Sequence record: PQ015378.1
Direction: 5' to 3' (one strand)
Length of the DNA: 64,000 bases
Part shown: piece by piece, positions 18,904 through 28,562 of the stretch
Position numbering within the stretch: the first letter of the stretch is position 1
How the letters are laid out: the number at the start of each line of letters is the position of its first letter
The notes under the pieces: model-generated
Databases searched by the model: none
Told to the model about the DNA's origin: nothing
The model's input: the letters and a program-made list of their open reading frames with translations, nothing else
Translations under genes and position numbers: made by a program

Positions 18904-19221
18904 ATGACTCCACTTCCAGAACCACACAACGATGTGAACCTGTTCAACGATACGCTCGAAGCAGCGCTCGTAGGCGCGTTCCTGTACGAGATCGATACCT
19001 TCTCTCGCCAAGCTGAGCAAGCACGTTACTACGTGTTCGCCAACGAAGCAGACGGCACTTCGTTCTCGTACAACATCGGTAACTACACCGACGCTTCCCC
19101 AGTCTTCATCCGCCTGAAGGCTAGCCTCGAAGGTCGCGGCTACGCCAACGTTCGGATGGAAGGTACGCAAGTGGTGTTCAAAGCTACTCGCAAACCAGTG
19201 GAAGAAGTCGCTCCTGAATAA
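18904..19221 (+). CDS. hypothetical protein
   Basis: GAGG RBS. Confidence 0.75.
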   Translation: MTPLPEPHNDVNLFNDTLEAALVGAFLYEIDTFSRQAEQARYYVFANEADGTSFSYNIGNYTDASPVFIRLKASLEGRGYANVRMEGTQVVFKATRKPVEEVAPE

Positions 19222-19231
19222 GGGCTTCTGA

Positions 19232-19564
19232 ATGATTCCGTTTTACTGGCAAGGTAGTGTGATCGGCTCGATCCTGGGCTGTATCATCATCCTGGTTGCA
19301 GGTTGGTTCTTCGTCCGTGCGAAGCTGGACTTCGTCTCCAAGAAAGCGCGCTTCTGGATCTCCAGTGCGATCCTCGCTCTCTGGATGGCATCGTTCATCA
19401 ACGTCGGACACACGCAGAACTCCCTCGGTCGACAGTCGTTCGATTCGGTTGGAAAGATGGGACTGGAAAACGTTGAACGCGTTTCCAAGCCTGGTCTGAC
19501 TCCAGCCGACGTGCGGCAGAAAGCCGAGGAAACGTCGCGCGAAATTCGCGCTAACGCCCAGTAA
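19232..19564 (+). CDS. two-TM membrane protein, partner of the SPFH gene
   Basis: two hydrophobic helices followed by a soluble tail. Confidence 0.7.
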   Translation: MIPFYWQGSVIGSILGCIIILVAGWFFVRAKLDFVSKKARFWISSAILALWMASFINVGHTQNSLGRQSFDSVGKMGLENVERVSKPGLTPADVRQKAEETSREIRANAQ

Positions 19565-19628
19565 CAAAAGCTGTCTCAGGTAGGGTCATCCGGCCCTACC
19601 TATCTGTCCCTCCAATAGGAAATCCGCA

Positions 19629-20492
19629 ATGAAATTCTTCTATGCAATCAAAGCTGCTGCACTCGCTCTCGTCGCCACCGTTGCCCTGACCGGCTGCTCG
19701 TTCGAAACCATTCCTCCTGCCTACAAAGGCAAGATCCTGACCACCACCGGTTACAACCCGGAGATCCTGGAACCAGGCAAGCTGACTACCTGGGGTCGAG
19801 ACAAGCTGATCCTGCTGGAAACCGGTACTCGCACCGTGACCGAAACCATCACCGTCAAGATGCAGGACAAGCTGGACCTGACCTTCGACGTCCGCATGCG
19901 TACCCGCATCGGTGGTTCGGACAAGGCCCTGAACGGCATGTTCAACGACATCCAAGTGAAAGACTCCATCGTATCCCTGCCACAGATCTACTCGGTCTAC
20001 GGCCTAGACGTGGTGCAGTCCACTGCTCGCTCCATCGTGGGCAAGTACAACACTGAAGACGTCGCTGCGAACTTCGACAAGATCACCAGTGAGCTGCAAG
20101 AGCGTCTCGTGAAGAACATGGCGAACTCCCCTCTGGAAGTATCGAACGTCACCCTGGGTAACCTCCAGTACCCGAAAGTGATCACCGATGCAATCGAGAA
20201 GCAGTCCGAGCGTAAGCTGGCGATCGAAACTGAAACCAACCAGCAAGCAATCGAAGCCGTGAAACGTGAGAACCAACTGAAGCTGGCTCAGATGGACCAG
20301 GATATCGAGCTGACCAAAGCCCGTACCCTGCGTGATGCCAACCAGATCACTGCCAACGGCCTGACCCCAATGCTGCTGTCCTATCGCGCTCTGGAAGTAC
20401 AAGAGAAAATGGCCGAGAACAACAACGCCATCTTCGTACCGTACGAAGCCATGGGCACTTCCGGTCTGAGCAACCGCATCTTCGCCAAGTAA
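19629..20492 (+). CDS. SPFH/band-7 (prohibitin-like) lipoprotein
   Basis: lipobox ALTG-C; band-7 core (ITVKMQDKLDLTFDV, VSNVTLGNLQYPKVITDAIE) and C-terminal coiled coil. Confidence 0.85.
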   Translation: MKFFYAIKAAALALVATVALTGCSFETIPPAYKGKILTTTGYNPEILEPGKLTTWGRDKLILLETGTRTVTETITVKMQDKLDLTFDVRMRTRIGGSDKALNGMFNDIQVKDSIVSLPQIYSVYGLDVVQSTARSIVGKYNTEDVAANFDKITSELQERLVKNMANSPLEVSNVTLGNLQYPKVITDAIEKQSERKLAIETETNQQAIEAVKRENQLKLAQMDQDIELTKARTLRDANQITANGLTPMLLSYRALEVQEKMAENNNAIFVPYEAMGTSGLSNRIFAK

Positions 20493-20499
20493 ACCGATC

Positions 20500-20537
20500 G
20501 CCGCCCTTCGGGGCGGCTTTCTGCCCCTTTCTTTTTT
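20500..20537 (+). terminator. intrinsic terminator
   Basis: GCCGCCC-TTCG-GGGCGGC, same hairpin as at 16131. Confidence 0.85.
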
Positions 20538-20548
20538 GTGAGGTTCAG

Positions 20549-20830
20549 ATGTCATTTGAATCTTTGTTCCACGACATGGTTATTGAATCCCAGAGTGATT
20601 CGTATACCCATCGTTCTGGCTTGAGTGACCCCATCAGTTCTGCGTATGACAATGGATTACGACACGGCATTCTCCACGGGATAACCCTAGGGTTCCGCAC
20701 CATGGCTGAGTCTGGTCATATTTCCGAGAAGATATACGAGGACTGGCATGAGTTCGTCTATTCCGACGCCATGTCCGATCCTCAGGAATTCCGAAAACGC
20801 ATCATGAAGAAACGGAGTGAAGGGGAATAA
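20549..20830 (+). CDS. hypothetical protein
   Basis: GAGG RBS. Confidence 0.65.
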   Translation: MSFESLFHDMVIESQSDSYTHRSGLSDPISSAYDNGLRHGILHGITLGFRTMAESGHISEKIYEDWHEFVYSDAMSDPQEFRKRIMKKRSEGE

Positions 20831-21428
20831 ATACGCAGGGCGTCAAGGTATGTATACAAACGCACCGGTGCCCTTCAATGAAACAAAAGATCCTCGCTTT
20901 CTTCTACGAGTACAGAGCCGTCATTGGTTTTGGTCTCGTCGTCGCAGCATACATCACAACCGTCAAACTGGCAGGCCTATCATGACTCTTCCAATCGTAC
21001 TCACTCATCCCGTTACTCTCGCCGTAATCGTAGTTGTCCTTCTGGTCATCTACTACTCGCTACAGTATTCGTCGCATGGATCTGTACGGGAATGGGCGGA
21101 TAAAGACTTCCCAGAAATCAAACACACTCCGAAACCTACGTGGCTGACGGGCTTCCGTTTCAAGCGTCATGGCATCGAAACCACTGCTCTCCTGGAAACG
21201 CCGATCTATCTCGAATACGAGACAGAGGGCAGACTGGGTATGTTCGGGGTTGCCGATAACCATGCCTGGAATGTGAAAGACAAAGAACAAACTTCCTACG
21301 ACTTCGGTGTCGATCTGGATCTGCTCGCTGGCGGTCAAGTGGCTGTTACCGAGAAGTTCAAGAAGATCAGCATCACGGAAATCGAACCAATCATCGAGGA
21401 CAATGCTGATGCTGGCGCCGAAGGTTAG
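20817..21428 (+). CDS. hypothetical membrane-anchored protein (true start may be 20982)
   Basis: TM segment LAVIVVVLLVIYY. Confidence 0.65.
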   Translation: MKGNKYAGRQGMYTNAPVPFNETKDPRFLLRVQSRHWFWSRRRSIHHNRQTGRPIMTLPIVLTHPVTLAVIVVVLLVIYYSLQYSSHGSVREWADKDFPEIKHTPKPTWLTGFRFKRHGIETTALLETPIYLEYETEGRLGMFGVADNHAWNVKDKEQTSYDFGVDLDLLAGGQVAVTEKFKKISITEIEPIIEDNADAGAEG

Positions 21429-21756
21429 TAGCAAACAACTGGAAGAAGCGTACGCCAAGACCAATGAGCTGGAAAAGGCATTGGTCCAATCTTCCGTAGA
21501 GCAGCGTATGCTGTTCTTCTGTGAAGTGCAAGGCGAGATGAACGACTTCAACGTGCCGAAGTTTGAGCGTGGTGCTACCATGTCTCAAGCTTTCCGCATG
21601 GGTATGGATTACGGCGTAGAGGCTACACTCAATGCCATCGAGAAACGCGGTCTCATGATCATCAACGACGAAACCCCAATCAACGTCGTTATGACTGATG
21701 AAGGCGCAGACCTCGGTAACATTGCTGACCTCTGGGCTAACTACATCAACTCGTGA
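21403..21756 (+). CDS. protein with C-terminal WANYINS motif
   Basis: GAGGA RBS. Confidence 0.7.
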   Translation: MLMLAPKVSSKQLEEAYAKTNELEKALVQSSVEQRMLFFCEVQGEMNDFNVPKFERGATMSQAFRMGMDYGVEATLNAIEKRGLMIINDETPINVVMTDEGADLGNIADLWANYINS

Positions 21757-21760
21757 GGTA

Positions 21761-22060
21761 ATGATGTCTCAATCCGGTCCTCCTTTTAGCGAAGCGGATA
21801 TCGCTATCGCTTCGACTCACATGGGTCGACAAGTATTCATGGATCAACTGGCGGATGACATGATCGGTATCCGCGCAGTGGCAACAGCGGATCAAATGAA
21901 AGCAGTCCATGCTGGTGTTCGTTTGGTCTTTGACTGTATTGATAACTACGGTTACCAGATCGTGGGTGAAGAAGGGGACTCCCTGAATCCACCACACGAG
22001 TCCGTGGACTTCGGTATGGCAAAGCTTTGGGACAACTATGTCGAAAGGGTTAACTCCTGA
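21761..22060 (+). CDS. acidic protein with C-terminal YVERVNS motif
   Basis: GAGG RBS. Confidence 0.75.
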   Translation: MMSQSGPPFSEADIAIASTHMGRQVFMDQLADDMIGIRAVATADQMKAVHAGVRLVFDCIDNYGYQIVGEEGDSLNPPHESVDFGMAKLWDNYVERVNS

Positions 22061-22106
22061 TTATATGTATCAACTGTCGATACTGTGATCACAAAGGAGC
22101 CATCCC

Positions 22107-22664
22107 ATGGCAGTTCTGAAGTTGCAAGAAGCTGTTGACGCTCGCGTAGCGCTCGACATCACTCCGGTCGAAGAGCGTATCAACGACCACCTGAAAACCC
22201 AGCGCGTTGTTGACTATGTCACCAACCCAGAAATCGCCAACCCGAATCTGCAAGTCAACGCCGATGGCGTACAACTGACCAAAGCTGCGCAAGAAGCTCT
22301 GAAGGCCTCGATTGAAGCCGCCGAGTGGAAGTCGGTCGAAGTCAAGCAGAACGCGAAGGGTGTCATCGTCACCTTCTCGAAGAACGAAAAGACCGTCCCT
22401 GGCGGCCCTGATGTCTACGTCGCTACCCCGACCAAGACCCAGGAAGATCTGAAAGTCGGCGACAAAGCCACCATCGGTCTGACCGTTACCAAGAATGGTC
22501 AGCCGTACACTGGTACCCCGACCTTCAGGTCGAACAAGACCAACATCGCTACCGTAAGCGCCACTGGCGAAATCGAAGCGATCGCGATCGGCTCGGCCGT
22601 CATCACCATCTCGGAAGGCGAGTTCTACTCGGTAACCGTGAACGTGACTGTCACCGCTGCCTAA
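22107..22664 (+). CDS. Ig-like (Big_2-type) domain protein
   Basis: C-terminal LKVGDKATIGLTV...FRSNKTNIATVSATGEIEAIAIGSAVITI pattern. Confidence 0.8.
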   Translation: MAVLKLQEAVDARVALDITPVEERINDHLKTQRVVDYVTNPEIANPNLQVNADGVQLTKAAQEALKASIEAAEWKSVEVKQNAKGVIVTFSKNEKTVPGGPDVYVATPTKTQEDLKVGDKATIGLTVTKNGQPYTGTPTFRSNKTNIATVSATGEIEAIAIGSAVITISEGEFYSVTVNVTVTAA

Positions 22665-22676
22665 GGCGACATAATT

Positions 22677-22704
22677 GGCTTCCCTTCGGGGAAGCCTTTA
22701 TGCC
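22677..22704. terminator. hairpin terminator between convergent genes
   Basis: GGCTTCCC-TTCG-GGGAAGCC-TTTATGCC. Confidence 0.8.
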
Positions 22705-22713
22705 ATCTTTTTT

Positions 22714-23658
22714 TTATTGCTGTAAGCGATAGATACCGGAGTGAGCTAATCCACCACCACCGTATCCTTCTACACAGTAGATGTCATCACCATTAACCAA
22801 CAGTGATTGGAAAGCGATACCAGCAAGGAAGTTCTTACACTTGGTCCAGGTATTGGTTGAGATCGTGTACAACCAGCAATCAGCAACAACCTGACCATCG
22901 GCAATACGACCACCCATCAGATACAATGAGTCGTCGGTATATCGGCGCATCACTACAGAACGACCTGCTGGCGCAACCGATGGGCGAGGTAACTTAGTCC
23001 ACTTAGCGGCAACTGGATCATACTCGCGAATGTCTTGATCACGTCCACCGGCGTAATAGTTTTCACCACCGTAATAGTAAAGCTTACCGTCCTGGATCCA
23101 CGATCCCGAACTGTGAACACCCATGGTCGCATCGTGGTAAGTCAGCTGTTCCCACGTCTTTGTTGTGAGGTTAAGCCGATAGAACTGTCTTGGTAAGTTC
23201 TCTTCAACCTGGTTAACGAGACCACCATAGACGTAGAGATAACCATCGAGTATGTCTGAACAGCCTCCGAGAGAGGCGAATGGCATGGTAACCAGTTCCT
23301 CGTATACATCGAGTGCGGGATCATACGTGTAAACCTTACGGCTCTCCTGCCCGTTGACCAGATTGAAACATCCACCGACGATGTAGATCAGATTCCCGTC
23401 ACTCGCTACGGAAGGAAGAATCAATGTAGTGGGCAAAGCACGCAATGCAACAAGGCTTGTCTTGTTGAATCGGTATGCCGTTGATCGACCAGACCCGGAC
23501 AACCCCTGTCGTCCGCCGAAGATGAAGAACTCGTCATTGTGCGTAATTGATCCAGCTTGGAGCGACACTTGTGTGCTGCCCGTACTCTGTATCACCCAGT
23601 TCCTTAGTTCGATTGGCGGAGTCTTATACTCACCAACCCCCAATAAAATTTCGTTCAT
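22714..23658 (-). CDS. Kelch-repeat beta-propeller protein with MNEILL N-terminus
   Basis: repeated Kelch motifs FIFGG, YIVGG, YVYGG, YYYGG, YLMGG with Y-D-P...W; lone - strand gene in the + strand block. Confidence 0.88.
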   Translation of the reverse strand: MNEILLGVGEYKTPPIELRNWVIQSTGSTQVSLQAGSITHNDEFFIFGGRQGLSGSGRSTAYRFNKTSLVALRALPTTLILPSVASDGNLIYIVGGCFNLVNGQESRKVYTYDPALDVYEELVTMPFASLGGCSDILDGYLYVYGGLVNQVEENLPRQFYRLNLTTKTWEQLTYHDATMGVHSSGSWIQDGKLYYYGGENYYAGGRDQDIREYDPVAAKWTKLPRPSVAPAGRSVVMRRYTDDSLYLMGGRIADGQVVADCWLYTISTNTWTKCKNFLAGIAFQSLLVNGDDIYCVEGYGGGGLAHSGIYRLQQ

Positions 23659-23691
23659 GTGCAAGCCCTCTAATAAACATAGCATTGTCAA

Positions 23692-23721
23692 TATTTAAAC
23701 CGTTTAAAAGCCTATATTACT
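23692..23721 (+). promoter_or_regulatory. phiKZ-type early promoter
   Basis: identical 30-mer to 10405-10434. Confidence 0.8.
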
Positions 23722-23750
23722 ACAGTGCATATTCTAATAGGAGGTTCCCC

Positions 23751-24173
23751 ATGCCAGTACAAATCAGTCAGTTACTCATCGGCTCCGGTCTCATGTTGGC
23801 AGCTATCTTGACCCTCTTCGGTCTCGGGCTTTCGATCTACCGACTGTGTCACTGGAAAGCGCATCGTGTGTTCAAGGATGGACAGTTGATCATCCGTATT
23901 CGTCAAACCGTCATCAGTGACAATGGTGAGCCGCGCATCCGTACGGGTTACCTCACTGCCGGTGGGCAGCCAGAGACGTTCCCTAACCTGTCTGCGATAC
24001 AAGCACACGCACAGTGCTGGGGTACGCTGGGCCGGGCGACTATCGAACTGGAAAAGTTCCAACGCGGCACTTCAGTGTTCGGTGAACCCACCCACATCAT
24101 CGAGGTGCTGGAGAAAACCACGTGGCCTCTCTTTGGCGAGGTCTGGAATCCAATCCGCAAAAAGGTAATCTGA
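23751..24173 (+). CDS. hypothetical membrane-anchored early protein
   Basis: AGGAGG RBS; N-terminal TM. Confidence 0.75.
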   Translation: MPVQISQLLIGSGLMLAAILTLFGLGLSIYRLCHWKAHRVFKDGQLIIRIRQTVISDNGEPRIRTGYLTAGGQPETFPNLSAIQAHAQCWGTLGRATIELEKFQRGTSVFGEPTHIIEVLEKTTWPLFGEVWNPIRKKVI

Positions 24174-24517
24174 TGGATAACTTTATCTTTGAAATCGTGA
24201 AGGGCGATCAGCACCTATATATCGTCCAAGGTGATCCAATCAAGAAGCCCGGTCCACTGGGGCCTCTGATGCCGAACTACACCCTGAAGCTGGATCCGAA
24301 ACCACGCAATGCGTTGCGGATATCGGGGTTCAAACAAGCCAAGGGTTTCCTTGACTCGGCAATTGCCTTGTCACCGAAAGCATTCCGTAAACTGGCACGT
24401 GTTGAAGAAGACTGGGATCGTCCCATTGCTGTCAACATGCGTCGCTGCAGTGAATCCAAAGGCCTCGTAGATTGCGTGGCCGCACAACGTCTGTATGTTT
24501 TTAAGGAGCAAGCATAA
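24173..24517 (+). CDS. hypothetical protein
   Basis: TGATG coupling. Confidence 0.7.
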   Translation: MDNFIFEIVKGDQHLYIVQGDPIKKPGPLGPLMPNYTLKLDPKPRNALRISGFKQAKGFLDSAIALSPKAFRKLARVEEDWDRPIAVNMRRCSESKGLVDCVAAQRLYVFKEQA

Positions 24518-25176
24518 TGCGTTTCGAACTTCATGCCCAACATACCGGTGTAGTCCATCCCTACATCTCTTTCCACAACCCAACCACCGCGATGCAGCAG
24601 ATCTGCAAACACACCGTAGAGAAAACCACCGTCGGTGTTCACGCTGGTGCTAAGTATGTGTTCGCAACTGGCGCCCACGGTTGCGGGATGCGTATCGACA
24701 TCACCACTGGTATCTACACTGGATTCCTGAACGAACTCAAGCGTAACCTGTCGTTGCTGTGTCCAGAAGGCAAGCCGCGTGATCTGGTTGTACACTACGG
24801 CCGTAGCTCCAATGCTCAGGCTACCTGTGAAGACATCACCACGTATCTCGAAGGTCACTATCGTCATGATCGTGAAACCCGTGAGATCACTTTCTTCCCG
24901 AAAGACGGTGACGATGCGCTCTACGTGATGGAGCTCGTTAGCCAGCACAAAGACCTGATGTGCCTCCGTCGCAAGGAAGCACGTATCGATCCAATCTCGG
25001 TAAAAGAACATGCCGCTACTGGTGTGTTCATCGACCTTGAGCGTTTCACGGGTGTGTCCTGTGTGACTGACGAAGATGGTGGTGTGCGCTTCCTGGCACG
25101 CAGCCATGATCAGTGGGAAGCCATCAGCTCTGCTCTGATGTCCTACAAGATCGCCTACGTCATGGACAAGTGGTAA
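24517..25176 (+). CDS. hypothetical protein
   Basis: AAGGAG RBS; TAATG coupling. Confidence 0.75.
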   Translation: MRFELHAQHTGVVHPYISFHNPTTAMQQICKHTVEKTTVGVHAGAKYVFATGAHGCGMRIDITTGIYTGFLNELKRNLSLLCPEGKPRDLVVHYGRSSNAQATCEDITTYLEGHYRHDRETREITFFPKDGDDALYVMELVSQHKDLMCLRRKEARIDPISVKEHAATGVFIDLERFTGVSCVTDEDGGVRFLARSHDQWEAISSALMSYKIAYVMDKW

Positions 25177-25529
25177 TGGACGCCTGGTATCTGCTGAAGC
25201 AGCTCTGCGAAGAACATCGGGATAAACCCTCGTTGCATTGGGAACTCGAATGGGTTCGTGAGCACACCGAACGTTACGAGGGTCACTGGCACCAGCTTGC
25301 CGTATGCCGCAACATCGTAACTCGGTACTTCAAAAACAAGCTTGTAAAGCAGGATGTGTTCTACAAGCCACGCCCTGAGAAAATATACAAGTTCCTTGGG
25401 GTGTCTCATGGGGCTGGTTGGTGTCAGGGTGAACGCAAATACGTTTACTGGGATCCGATCCATGGACAACTCTTCCACCGAGAACCCGCAGACTACCGAG
25501 ATCGGATGTCTGATGTGGGAACTCGCTGA
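25176..25529 (+). CDS. hypothetical protein
   Basis: TAATG coupling. Confidence 0.7.
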   Translation: MDAWYLLKQLCEEHRDKPSLHWELEWVREHTERYEGHWHQLAVCRNIVTRYFKNKLVKQDVFYKPRPEKIYKFLGVSHGAGWCQGERKYVYWDPIHGQLFHREPADYRDRMSDVGTR

Positions 25530-25743
25530 TGGTGAATACGATACGTGCCCGAAGTTTGGGCCGTACGTTTACATGCCGTACCGCCGGGTCAGTGTTAAGG
25601 ATAATGTCGTAAGGCTTATCCACCCTGACCCATCATTCGAAAGAGATACGCCCGAGTGGTTGAAGAACAAGACTTGGGCATTCACCGTCAATGACTTCTT
25701 TAAAGTCAACGTCATCTACAAACCTCAACAGGAATCAGTCTAA
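25513..25743 (+). CDS. hypothetical protein (start uncertain)
   Basis: fills a gap in the coupled operon. Confidence 0.55.
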   Translation: MWELADGEYDTCPKFGPYVYMPYRRVSVKDNVVRLIHPDPSFERDTPEWLKNKTWAFTVNDFFKVNVIYKPQQESV

Positions 25744-26441
25744 TGCAACTCGTCGCTTACATCGAAATCCCTACCGGTCGCGACATGGCCCCTCAGCGCT
25801 GGTACTTCCAGGAAGCTGAATCGTTTGGCATGTCGCAACCGTACTACGAACACTCGGAACACCAAGCGCCGCTGTGTGCTCTGGATTCCCGTGTGCGCAT
25901 CTTCACCAAGCCTAAGCAGATCCTGGATCTGTTCCAAGCTTTCCGTGGTACCGACCCGAACCATCGTACCAGCACCTTCGGCTATCATGGTATCACCGAA
26001 GCCGGTAACGCCTGCAAGCCATTCGCCACCGTACACAAGGGCGAAGATCGTCAGGAGTTGTTCGCCAAGATCGGCAAGCAGATGTCTGAAGGCGCTGCCT
26101 GGGCAAAGGCGATGGGCGAGCTCGGCATTCCTATGCCGTGGGTATTCTCCCCAGTAGCTGTCGGCCGTAAGGACACCGAACTGGACAAGTTCGAAGTCAT
26201 CGGCCTGTGCCAATCCCACATCATGAACCAGATGCCGGAAGATGAAGAAGCAATCCTCACCGGCCTGGCGGTGGTGTCGGATGCTGGCTGGCGCTTCACC
26301 ACTGTAGAGATCCATGGTCCGTGCGCATTCGTGCACATGTCCCGTGTGGTTAAAGGCAAAGACCAACATGCCTCTGCTGTAATCACCGCGTTCAACCTGA
26401 TGGACGCCACTGACATCGCTCAGATGAAGGAAGACATGTAA
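25743..26441 (+). CDS. hypothetical protein
   Basis: TAATG coupling; phage-typical codons. Confidence 0.8.
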   Translation: MQLVAYIEIPTGRDMAPQRWYFQEAESFGMSQPYYEHSEHQAPLCALDSRVRIFTKPKQILDLFQAFRGTDPNHRTSTFGYHGITEAGNACKPFATVHKGEDRQELFAKIGKQMSEGAAWAKAMGELGIPMPWVFSPVAVGRKDTELDKFEVIGLCQSHIMNQMPEDEEAILTGLAVVSDAGWRFTTVEIHGPCAFVHMSRVVKGKDQHASAVITAFNLMDATDIAQMKEDM

Positions 26442-26911
26442 TGATCGGTCTCGATAAAGTAGAAGTAGCCCCATCGGTAGCAGAGCGTTCCGACCCGGTA
26501 GTAATGATGAAGGGCTTCGGTTTCATCGTTCCTCCGGAAAAGGTACAGGCAATCCACGAAAAGTGGGATGCCCGCGATACCCTGCGGATGTACATGCGCA
26601 TGCGTGCGTGGCTCGGTTACACCCGTGAAGAAATCAACCAGAAGCTGGGTGAAGCCGTAGAAGGTAAGCAGCTCCTGGTTGAAGTCCATGATCTGGATGA
26701 GACCCATGCAGCCGTGGAAGCTGTGGAGTCTCGCCGTCATCTGCTGTCCAACGTCGTGGAAGATCTCAGCAACATCTACGCGTTCTCGCTGGAACTGGAA
26801 CTGGTCTACAACCCTGACCGTAAGCCGGAACTGTATCACCAACCACTGCAGCAACAAACTACGGCCATGGCTGATCTTCTTCGCGAAGCCATGGCAAAGC
26901 AAACGGAGTAA
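26441..26911 (+). CDS. hypothetical protein
   Basis: TAATG coupling. Confidence 0.75.
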   Translation: MIGLDKVEVAPSVAERSDPVVMMKGFGFIVPPEKVQAIHEKWDARDTLRMYMRMRAWLGYTREEINQKLGEAVEGKQLLVEVHDLDETHAAVEAVESRRHLLSNVVEDLSNIYAFSLELELVYNPDRKPELYHQPLQQQTTAMADLLREAMAKQTE

Positions 26912-26916
26912 TCGTA

Positions 26917-27195
26917 ATGGGCGTCAAGTTGACTAAACGCGGTAACGAGTGGACTGTGGAATTCCTTGGCAAAGAACGTCACGTGAAGCTCGAATCGGAG
27001 CTGGTCACTTGGCGCTCTCTCGGAATCCTTCCACACTCGGCAATCGAGTTCAATCTGGATCTGGATGGTGCGATCGAATCAATCGTCGAGCTGTCTACCC
27101 AGACCGAGTTAACCGAACTCGACATTCCAAAGAACCATTCCGTGGCTGGGATGGTTCGACCTACAAAGCCATACACGGGAGGAACCCATGCTTAG
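26917..27195 (+). CDS. hypothetical protein
   Basis: GGAG RBS. Confidence 0.7.
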   Translation: MGVKLTKRGNEWTVEFLGKERHVKLESELVTWRSLGILPHSAIEFNLDLDGAIESIVELSTQTELTELDIPKNHSVAGMVRPTKPYTGGTHA

Positions 27196-27595
27196 CAATA
27201 TCTTCATCGTCATCATGATCTTCGCATTCTTCTGGCTTGCCTGGAAGATCTCTGTGCGGATCATGGTTCCAGTCAACACCATCCAAATCACCGGAGCACA
27301 GCAAGAGTTCCGGGAAGGCTTCGTCCGCCGCATCGAGCGAATCGAACTGAAGACCGACAAAGGCCATCCGCTCTACGCTGGTAACAATGACTTCTACGTT
27401 ACCATCCAGAAGGGCAAGGTCAAGTACCACTCCCGTTACGTTCTCGACACCATCACCCCAATCATACGTGACGCTGAAGACATCCTGTTCTTCCGTATTC
27501 AAGTAAAGACGGTGAATGGTAAGGTGGTGAAGTTCAACCAAACCAACCTGTCGCAACCCAACGTAACTCTCCAGTGGAGAACCAAGGAGGGATAA
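27188..27595 (+). CDS. hypothetical membrane-anchored protein
   Basis: GGAGG RBS; N-terminal TM. Confidence 0.75.
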   Translation: MLSNIFIVIMIFAFFWLAWKISVRIMVPVNTIQITGAQQEFREGFVRRIERIELKTDKGHPLYAGNNDFYVTIQKGKVKYHSRYVLDTITPIIRDAEDILFFRIQVKTVNGKVVKFNQTNLSQPNVTLQWRTKEG

Positions 27596-27598
27596 GCC

Positions 27599-27781
27599 AT
27601 GTGTGGCGATATTCCATTCTTAGTAGGTGTCGTCTTGACACTGGGAGTGGTGGTCATTACAATTTTAGTGAGGTCTCGTTATGATCGAGAAGCTGAATCC
27701 GGGTCAGTTCCCGGTGCTCCAACGTCCAAGCAGCGTTGCACATTTTGTGCAGCACTCACAGTCGATGCCACAACGGGTTGA
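27599..27781 (+). CDS. small membrane protein (uncertain)
   Basis: GGAGG RBS and a TM segment, but overlaps the next ORF. Confidence 0.4.
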   Translation: MCGDIPFLVGVVLTLGVVVITILVRSRYDREAESGSVPGAPTSKQRCTFCAALTVDATTG

Positions 27782-28142
27782 AATCCCTGGTGGTGATCTG
27801 GCTGAAACTGGTTTCGTGAAAGTCACTGGCGAGAAGTCGGTTGACCTGTATGCCCTCTGTCAGAACGATGGTCGGGCCAAAACGCTGTCGGTCAAAGCGA
27901 TCGCTTACGTGGATGAAGGTGATAACCTCCGTATCCATGAACTGACCAACCGTGCACCGACTGATCTCCGTGATCCTGCCCATACCCGCAACGGTAAGGC
28001 ACGTGTGGAAATCGGTCACGTGACCAAGCTCTGCAATCTGCGCTGGGGTTTCAACCTGGTGATCGATCCGCTGACTGGTTACACCACCATCGAAGTCGAC
28101 CGGGAGTCCCCGATCGTTGGCTTGAAACTGCAGTTCGATTGA
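27681..28142 (+). CDS. hypothetical protein
   Basis: GAGG RBS. Confidence 0.7.
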   Translation: MIEKLNPGQFPVLQRPSSVAHFVQHSQSMPQRVEIPGGDLAETGFVKVTGEKSVDLYALCQNDGRAKTLSVKAIAYVDEGDNLRIHELTNRAPTDLRDPAHTRNGKARVEIGHVTKLCNLRWGFNLVIDPLTGYTTIEVDRESPIVGLKLQFD

Positions 28143-28147
28143 ATATC

Positions 28148-28173
28148 GGAGTCCCTTCGGGGACTCCTTTATG
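28148..28173 (+). terminator. hairpin terminator
   Basis: GGAGTCCC-TTCG-GGGACTCC-TTTATG. Confidence 0.8.
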
Positions 28174-28274
28174 TTCTAACTTTCTAAAGCCCTATATAAC
28201 AATCGAGCTGTTAATGTCTAAACCTGCAATCAATTCGATCCTAGATCAATCGTGGCGCAATACTCGTAAGGTAA

Positions 28275-28562
28275 ATGTTTATGATCAGCAATCTCTTCAG
28301 CCTGGCAATTCGCGGAATCGCAGCAGCGAAGGTCGAGCCGGAAATGGTATTGACTGCCGCCCGAGACATCTTCATCACGATCATCGACCGTGATGGAACC
28401 AGCCATGACATCCTCTATGCAAATGAGGGTGATCAAATCAAAGTTGAATCGGGAGATCCCCGAGACAGCGATTCGTTCATCTGCACCAACGTCGACAACC
28501 ATGATGAGATCGGTAGCGTAAGTTGCAACGATCTCGAAGATACCTTGAAGGAGTACACCTGA
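28275..28562 (+). CDS. hypothetical acidic protein
   Basis: AAGG RBS. Confidence 0.65.
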   Translation: MFMISNLFSLAIRGIAAAKVEPEMVLTAARDIFITIIDRDGTSHDILYANEGDQIKVESGDPRDSDSFICTNVDNHDEIGSVSCNDLEDTLKEYT

